A stretch of 51,505 bases of DNA from an uncultured Gammaproteobacteria bacterium. GTDB lineage: Bacteria > Pseudomonadota > Gammaproteobacteria > SZUA-229. Of the stretch, positions 45,697 through 51,505 are shown one piece after another; within the stretch, counting starts at the first letter, position 1, and every line of letters begins with the position of its first letter. A model generated the notes under the pieces. It saw only the letters and a list, made by a program, of their open reading frames with translations. It did not search any database and had not been told where the DNA came from. The stretch is from positions 1 through 51,505 of the forward strand of contig CALLCZ010000021.1 of assembly GCA_937998645.1 (NCBI GenBank). Reading direction: 5' to 3'. The translations under genes and the position numbers were made by a program.

Positions 45697-46716
45697 GTGA
45701 GTGAATCAAATCGACAATATCTGATCATCGGGCCTTCCTGGGTAGGTGATATGGTGATGGCGCAATCATTGTTCATCACCTTGAAGAAACTCTATCCAGA
45801 TTGCGAGATTGACGTGGTTTCACCCGAATGGTCATTGCCTGTGCTGGAGAGAATGCCACAGGTAAGGCAGGGTATAGCTTTGCCAGTAGCACATGGGGAA
45901 TTCAGCCTCGCTCAGCGATACAAACTTGGACGATCGCTCAGGAGCGGGAATTACACGAATGCAATCGTACTCCCCCGGTCGTGGAAATCGGCATTAGTTC
46001 CGTATTTTGCCGGTGTGCCGCAACGTACAGGGTACAGGGGGGAGATGCGTTACGGATTGCTGAACGATATCCGCGGTCTGGATACCACAGTACTGAGCCA
46101 GACGGTGCAGCGTTATGTCGCACATGCGTACGATGAATCCGGGTATTCTGTGTCGCCTCCCGAAGTGCCCTGTCCGGAATTGCGTCCAGACAGAAAAAAT
46201 GCAGAAAGCCTGCTTGTGAAGCTTCAGTTGAAGCTGGGGAAACCTGTTATCGGATTCATGCCGGGTGCCGAGTATGGCCCAGCCAAGCACTGGCCGGTAG
46301 AATATTTTGCGCAACTTGCAGATTTGCTGATTAAGAATGGCTACCAGGTTTGGGTCTTTGGCTCGGAAAAGGAAAGAAACCTGGGCGAGGAGATTGTGAA
46401 GGGTTCTAGTGTTGATGCATATAACTTATGCGGAAAAACCGAACTCGTAGATGTTATTGATTTGATAACATGTACTGAACAGGTGGTCACCAATGATTCA
46501 GGCCTGATGCACGTTGCTGCAGCGCTGGATGTTAAGGTGAATGTGATATATGGCTCCTCTACACCTGATTACACGCCACCGTTAAGCGATTCGGCTGAAA
46601 TACTGTACCTGCGACTATCGTGCAGTCCATGTTTTAAACGGGTGTGCCCCTTCGGCCATACCAATTGCCTGTATCAGATTAAGCCTGATGATGTTTATTC
46701 AAGAATTATTAACTGA
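45697..46716 (+). CDS. waaF: ADP-heptose:LPS heptosyltransferase II
   Basis: GT9 family. The N-terminus YLIIGPSWVGDMVMAQSLF is typical of WaaF, as is NDSGLMHVAAAL. GTG start. Confidence 0.88.
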   Translation: MSESNRQYLIIGPSWVGDMVMAQSLFITLKKLYPDCEIDVVSPEWSLPVLERMPQVRQGIALPVAHGEFSLAQRYKLGRSLRSGNYTNAIVLPRSWKSALVPYFAGVPQRTGYRGEMRYGLLNDIRGLDTTVLSQTVQRYVAHAYDESGYSVSPPEVPCPELRPDRKNAESLLVKLQLKLGKPVIGFMPGAEYGPAKHWPVEYFAQLADLLIKNGYQVWVFGSEKERNLGEEIVKGSSVDAYNLCGKTELVDVIDLITCTEQVVTNDSGLMHVAAALDVKVNVIYGSSTPDYTPPLSDSAEILYLRLSCSPCFKRVCPFGHTNCLYQIKPDDVYSRIIN

Positions 46717-47965
46717 AGTCCGTCAAAAGCCGCTTGAGAATTTCATGGGCTTGTGTGTGCTGGTTATTGCGGTATTTGGTGCGGCGGTTAAAGACGTTGC
46801 CAGCACTGTGTTTCTGATATTTATTCTCACAAGCATATTTTATGTCAAACAGTGGCCGCGGGCATGGCGTAGTCTGGGTGATGTTGAAAGGCTTTTGTTG
46901 ACAGGGTTCCTGCTCTATATGGCATCCGGGTTTCTATCGTATGTGAATGTTGCAGATGATTATGAATTTGTTAAACAAATGGGTCGATATCTGAGGTTTG
47001 CATTAATTGTGCCTTTATATCTGTTCCTTGTCCGCAGCGATCTTAACCTGACCAGGTTTTTAATAGCGGGCGTTGTCCTGTCAGGTCCCGTATATCTGCT
47101 TATTGCCTTATTGAAGCAATATAATTACCCGGGTTCTGTCGGGTCGGGTGAATATCATCATATTATATTTGGTGATGCGGCGATGCTGAATGCCATGCTA
47201 ATACTGGCCTTCCTTGTTACGAAAAAGTTTTCTGTTTTTACCAGTCTGTTATTCATTGCATCAATGTCCTGTGCAATATATGCATCTATCCTGTCAACGG
47301 CCAGGGGTGCATGGCTGGCGGCTCCGGTGCTGATCGTAATGCTGGCCTGGTATGCAGTAAAAACACGGAGTATCAGGATAAGAGGCATATATGTAATTAT
47401 TGCTATTGTGCTTGCCATGGTCGCATTGAGCCCGGTGAGGGACCTTATTGCCACGAGATCTATTGACGCAGTAAACGAAGTCAAAATGTTTAGCAGTGGC
47501 GAGGGAGCCGATACTTCAGTTGGCGGCAGGCTGGCTTTGTGGGATGTTGCAATTAAGGTCTGGAAGGAAAACCCGGTTTTAGGCACGGGGGCGGGTGACT
47601 ATAACGACGACCTGGTAGATTACCAGAGCCAGGGTTTGTATCCAGAAGTGTATGTGCACGATAGTGTGCATAATATTTATCTTCAGGCGCTTGCTTCGAC
47701 GGGGATCGTTGGTCTGCTGGTGTTTATACCTGTGTTCATTATTATTCCACTGCTTTTTCTGCAAAGAATAAAACATGGTAGCGGGCAACTGGAGCGCTTG
47801 TCAGGTCTGGTTCTAATTGTGTCTGTTTCGATATTTGGCCTGACTGAATCGTGGACATTGCGATCTCCATTTATCGCTATATATGTTATATACCTGGTTG
47901 TCATTTTTTCTCAGGCGGGTAAGGGGCTTAGGGATGTAAAACAGCCGCCTGTATCAGGAGTCTAG
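46688..47965 (+). CDS. O-antigen ligase (Wzy_C/WaaL) family polytopic membrane protein
   Basis: About 10 TM segments and a periplasmic loop with GTGAGDY...VHNIYLQALASTG. The start is 46688, overlapping waaF, or 46745. Confidence 0.8.
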   Translation: MMFIQELLTEVRQKPLENFMGLCVLVIAVFGAAVKDVASTVFLIFILTSIFYVKQWPRAWRSLGDVERLLLTGFLLYMASGFLSYVNVADDYEFVKQMGRYLRFALIVPLYLFLVRSDLNLTRFLIAGVVLSGPVYLLIALLKQYNYPGSVGSGEYHHIIFGDAAMLNAMLILAFLVTKKFSVFTSLLFIASMSCAIYASILSTARGAWLAAPVLIVMLAWYAVKTRSIRIRGIYVIIAIVLAMVALSPVRDLIATRSIDAVNEVKMFSSGEGADTSVGGRLALWDVAIKVWKENPVLGTGAGDYNDDLVDYQSQGLYPEVYVHDSVHNIYLQALASTGIVGLLVFIPVFIIIPLLFLQRIKHGSGQLERLSGLVLIVSVSIFGLTESWTLRSPFIAIYVIYLVVIFSQAGKGLRDVKQPPVSGV

Positions 47966-47994
47966 ATACATCCATTCAGGTTAGGCAGCGCCGC

Positions 47995-48933
47995 TTATTG
48001 CTCGATTGGTTTTAGCTGTATCATAAAATCGTTGCCGAATGTCCTTAAGCCAGAAAGCCCGAATGCCAGCTTTTTATAAAAGTGATACTTGTAATAAAAA
48101 TCCGAATGCGGTTTTTTTGTCACAGAAGGGATGGTTGATTTGCATGGGGTTTCAGGTTTCTTGCTCGGCGTGTAAAAATTTTTCCACTTGCGGCGTTTAG
48201 GTAGATAGCCAAGTGCTCGCAGGCCATTCTTGATCAGTATGGTGTATTCAAAAGTCGTTTCAAATCCCGTTAACTGAAACAACTTTAATAATGTATCTCT
48301 TTCAAAGAAAAAAATATGGCCACTGGCATGTCTTCCAGGCGTGTGCTCTTCATTATAGAACTGAATGAGTCCGCGGCTATCGACATAGCCGTTAGGTACA
48401 GCAAGGTAGAGTCTGCCATCATGTTTCAAAATACGGCGTGACTCTTCGAGGAAGTCTCGAGGATTGGGGACATGTTCCAGTACGTCTCCGATATGTACCG
48501 CATCAAATGAATTATCCGGGTAAGAGGCTGAAAACAGGTCGCCGGTGTAGACGTCAAGGCCAAGTGTTTCCCGTGCAAAGCTGGCAGGCAGTTCACCAAG
48601 TTCAACGCCATGTGCACTCCAGTTAGTCTGTTCGGAGATTCGATGCAAAAAGTAACCGCTCGCGCATCCGATGTCCAGTATGGAGCCCGCATGACGCTGT
48701 TTAAGCAGTTTTGATATATAATAGTCGGCCTTTGCTTCCTGTCTCCAGCGATCAAACTCATAGGGAAGAGCGGAATAGAACTGTGATAGCTGCTCTATTG
48801 CAGGAAGCGGATTGAAATATTTGACCTTGCAGTCTGGACACTCAACAAGGTCAAAATCAGTTTGATAGACTAAATTTACCTTGCACAAAGTTTCGGTGCT
48901 GGCTGTGCTGCTGCAGATAGGGCAGATATTCAT
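47995..48933 (-). CDS. Class I SAM-dependent methyltransferase with an N-terminal zinc ribbon
   Basis: CPICSS..CPDCK, then the SAM motif ILDIGCASG and FDAVHIGDVLEHV. ATG 48933 is preferred over TTG 49023. Confidence 0.82.
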   Translation of the reverse strand: MNICPICSSTASTETLCKVNLVYQTDFDLVECPDCKVKYFNPLPAIEQLSQFYSALPYEFDRWRQEAKADYYISKLLKQRHAGSILDIGCASGYFLHRISEQTNWSAHGVELGELPASFARETLGLDVYTGDLFSASYPDNSFDAVHIGDVLEHVPNPRDFLEESRRILKHDGRLYLAVPNGYVDSRGLIQFYNEEHTPGRHASGHIFFFERDTLLKLFQLTGFETTFEYTILIKNGLRALGYLPKRRKWKNFYTPSKKPETPCKSTIPSVTKKPHSDFYYKYHFYKKLAFGLSGLRTFGNDFMIQLKPIEQ

Positions 48934-49035
48934 TGGCTTGTCGGGTTTCTGTGTATTTATGTTACCGGTTAAAAGTTTACATGCAATGATGGCAGGTTCA
49001 TAGCTATAACAAAATTGCAGCAATAATCATTAAAG

Positions 49036-49878
49036 GTGGTATTCGTGGATAGTAATGTTGAATTGTATATTGAGCTTTTAAAAAAGGTGCTTACAGCATC
49101 AATATATGATGAGAGTGCCTGGTCAATCAAAAGCAAGGCTGCAATCAGGCCTGGAAAGCCGATAAGTAATATCGGTCGCAGAATCAGAAATCTACTAATC
49201 GATTTGTTCAGAAAACAGTCTTTACTACTGGTCAAAGTGAAGCCATTTGATGCGAAAGTACGTGATGAAGGCATCGACCGTCCAATTATCGGATTTACTA
49301 TGGTAGGGCGTAAGCGCCTGGATAATGTACAGGCATGTATAGAAGATGTATTGAAGAATAACATTTCAGGCGATTTTATAGAAACAGGAGCCTGGCGTGG
49401 TGGAACAACGATCTTCATGAGGGCTCTGTTGAAAATACATGGTGTCACTGACAGGACTGTTTGGGTCGCTGATTCGTTTGAGGGTATGCCGGTTCCAAAG
49501 AATATCGAGGATGGAGATGATCTGAGTCATCTTGATTCACTGTCCGTTTCACTTGATACTGTTAAATCAAATTTCGAGAAATTTGACCTGCTGGATGATC
49601 AGGTCAAGTTTTTGAAGGGCTGGTTCTGTGACACTCTACCGGGCGCGCCAATTGATGAAATCGCCATCCTGAGACTGGATGGCGATCTATACCACTCAAC
49701 TATGGATTCGTTGACAAACCTTTATCACAAGGTTAGTAAAGGTGGTTATGTAATAATTGATGATTATTACTCGTGGCCTGAATGTGGAAGGGCGGTAACC
49801 GATTTTCTGCAGCAGAATAACCTGAGTCCTGAACTTGTCGATATTGACAGTAGTGCAGTGTATTGGCAGCGAAACTAG
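49036..49878 (+). CDS. TylF/MycF-family (macrocin-type) sugar O-methyltransferase
   Basis: GDFIETGAWRGGTTIFM and ILRLDGDLYHST are hallmarks of the family. The start is GTG 49036 or 49045. Confidence 0.85.
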   Translation: MVFVDSNVELYIELLKKVLTASIYDESAWSIKSKAAIRPGKPISNIGRRIRNLLIDLFRKQSLLLVKVKPFDAKVRDEGIDRPIIGFTMVGRKRLDNVQACIEDVLKNNISGDFIETGAWRGGTTIFMRALLKIHGVTDRTVWVADSFEGMPVPKNIEDGDDLSHLDSLSVSLDTVKSNFEKFDLLDDQVKFLKGWFCDTLPGAPIDEIAILRLDGDLYHSTMDSLTNLYHKVSKGGYVIIDDYYSWPECGRAVTDFLQQNNLSPELVDIDSSAVYWQRN

Positions 49879-49894
49879 TTTTAATCAGACCTGG

Positions 49895-50857
49895 TCAGCT
49901 TTTCTTCAGGTAGAAAATCGCCTGATCGCCTTTCGCTGTATTGTTTAGTTCTGCTGCTTTGTTTTCAAAAGTTTCAAGCTGTTTCTTGCTGAATATGTCC
50001 CTGGTCTTTTTGTCACTGCTAAGCGGAATGTCGCGTAGATAAAGTTCGCTGCCAGTGAATTGAAATTTTGCGGAATCATATACGACCTTGCTGATGGAGA
50101 ATCCATGTTTCTTTGCAAGTAAGTCGAGACTGTCCCGGCTGTGCAGGTATAGGTGGCGTGGAGGGTCGAGTTGTACCCAGTTTTCCCGGTAATGTTCCCA
50201 GGCATAAGAATCAGCGAGCGGTATTCTGATGAGTGCAGTTCCGACAGGAGACAAAAGCTTCGAAATTGAATCAAATGCCTGGTCCTGCTCTGGCATGTGT
50301 TCCAGTGAGTGGTGGAGCATGATCAAGTCATATTTATGCTTGCTATCTGAGAATTCTGCAAGATCCTGCTTGTGAATTCTGATGTTGTCGTAGTATGAGA
50401 TATCGTTATCAATAAATGGATCTACGCCCGTCAGGTTGGTGAAGCCTCCCATTGACATTCTGAGCAGTAAGCGCCCTTGTCCGCAACCGATATCCAGTAT
50501 TGCGGAGTCGAAATCTATCTGAATGTCCTTGATCCATGATATGTATTCAAGCGGTTTTGAATACCTGTTAACGATACTGCCGACAGTACTGGTGCCTCTG
50601 AGTGAAGCCAGTACACGTTGGCGATCTATCCAGCTTCTGAGTTTATAACTCAGATTTTTTGTTTTGCTCCTGTATGAGTAATAGTTTTCAGGATAGTACT
50701 TGCCGAGGTTGGCTGGTATTTCACTGATTTGCACACATCCGCATGACGGGCACTGGAAATAGTCGAATACATCATGAGTCCCCATCATCATTTCCTTGAC
50801 GGTATAGTGTTTTAATCCATCGATGTTGCCGCAGATGCGACATGTTTGCCTGGCCAT
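49895..50857 (-). CDS. Class I SAM-dependent methyltransferase with an N-terminal zinc ribbon
   Basis: CRICGN..CPSCG, then ILDIGCGQG and YDLIMLHHSLEHM. Confidence 0.82.
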   Translation of the reverse strand: MARQTCRICGNIDGLKHYTVKEMMMGTHDVFDYFQCPSCGCVQISEIPANLGKYYPENYYSYRSKTKNLSYKLRSWIDRQRVLASLRGTSTVGSIVNRYSKPLEYISWIKDIQIDFDSAILDIGCGQGRLLLRMSMGGFTNLTGVDPFIDNDISYYDNIRIHKQDLAEFSDSKHKYDLIMLHHSLEHMPEQDQAFDSISKLLSPVGTALIRIPLADSYAWEHYRENWVQLDPPRHLYLHSRDSLDLLAKKHGFSISKVVYDSAKFQFTGSELYLRDIPLSSDKKTRDIFSKKQLETFENKAAELNNTAKGDQAIFYLKKS

Positions 50858-50870
50858 GCTTAGAAATACC

Positions 50871-51505
50871 TCAAATGTTCAGGGAAGAGGGTCCAAATGT
50901 GAGTTTTCTCCATACTGCCCATACGAGAGCGGTATAGAACTTCCAGTCCAGGATAAGCCATCTTGTCAGTATGTTGCCGGATGTGAACACGATATGAAGT
51001 GCCCAGTCGGCGCTTCCATGTAAATGCCGCCAGGCAAAAAGAAATTTATTTCTGTACGAGACGAGTTGGCGATGCCATTTTTTTCTGGTGGCCCCGATGG
51101 TTGAGCTGGTTTTGTGATAAATCCTGCATTCAGGCCGGTATAGCAGTTTATAGCCCTTATCGAGGGCGCGCATGGCGAGGTCGGCATCTTCCCAGTAATA
51201 GGGGGAGTAAATTTCATCGAAGCCACCAAGCTCAAGTGCTTTTTTACGATCGCACACGAAGCAGCAGCCCAGCAGGACGAAGTGCTCGTTGATTTTACCG
51301 GTCATTTCGTTGTCCTGTGGCTTGATGCCGTGATTAAACCTTAGAAAACCTTTTTTGTAATATAAAACAGGTGCTGTCTCGGTTGTTGTTATATTTGAAA
51401 TATCGCCCTGGTAGTTGATTATGTCGCCTTTCACGGCAAACAGGCTTGTGTCCTCAAAATATTTAATCGCATTCTTGAAGTAGTCGGCTGTGAACCTGAC
51501 ATCGG
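50871..51505 (-). CDS. Family-2 glycosyltransferase, C-terminal part (5' end beyond the window)
   Basis: The frame stays open from the window end (DVRFTADYFKNAIKYFEDTSLFAVKGD..). YWEDADLAMRALDKGYKLLYRPECRIYHK is typical of GT2 enzymes. Confidence 0.78.
   Translation of the reverse strand, partial: DVRFTADYFKNAIKYFEDTSLFAVKGDIINYQGDISNITTTETAPVLYYKKGFLRFNHGIKPQDNEMTGKINEHFVLLGCCFVCDRKKALELGGFDEIYSPYYWEDADLAMRALDKGYKLLYRPECRIYHKTSSTIGATRKKWHRQLVSYRNKFLFAWRHLHGSADWALHIVFTSGNILTRWLILDWKFYTALVWAVWRKLTFGPSSLNI

Noticed and set aside
1-51505. Looked for tRNA, rRNA, integrase or transposase genes, toxin-antitoxin pairs and known defence-system signatures
   Set aside because: I recognised none by eye. 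The accessory character of 32.4-36.6 kb rests only on composition, spacing and gene content.

Overview
51.5-kb chromosomal segment, probably from a marine or sediment gammaproteobacterium. This guess rests on the glnE-ilvE-zf-hldE-waaF synteny, a PEP-CTERM protein and REP-like repeats. I support about 50 protein genes. I saw no rRNA, tRNA, CRISPR array, transposase or integrase. All family calls come from reading motifs by eye; no BLAST or HMM search was possible, and start codons are approximate.

Layout, left to right:
(1) 1-7.6 kb, housekeeping and envelope genes: a YdbH/AsmA-like fragment, a PhoH-like ATPase, an SDR, a LemA plus M48 protease pair, and a DUF805 protein.
(2) 7.8-17.2 kb, the most interesting locus. 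A minus-strand operon encodes a His-rich inner-membrane protein, a 21-haem cytochrome, an 11-12-haem cytochrome, and an outer-membrane beta-barrel with SPOR-like and TPR domains. It is transcribed divergently from a membrane-anchored 2x[4Fe-4S] flavoprotein and a periplasmic Sel1/ankyrin protein. Together these look like a porin-cytochrome type trans-envelope electron conduit of an uncharacterised kind.
(3) 17.6-28.5 kb, a complete divergent chemosensory locus: cheY-cheA-STAS-cheR-cheD-cheB-cheZ-like on one strand, and cheY'-cheW-mcp-REC/degenerate GGDEF-mini-MCP on the other. It has several atypical accessory parts and runs without a visible terminator into moxR-DUF58-tgpA (28.5-32.4 kb).
(4) 32.4-36.6 kb, a small AT-rich accessory patch: a secreted Tyr phosphatase, an S1/P1 nuclease, a membrane protein and a PEP-CTERM protein.
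(5) 36.6-51.5 kb, core metabolism (argE, glnE, ilvE, hldE), then the LPS core and O-antigen region (waaF, a ligase, three methyltransferases, GT2).

Several short repeat families sit in the intergenic regions.
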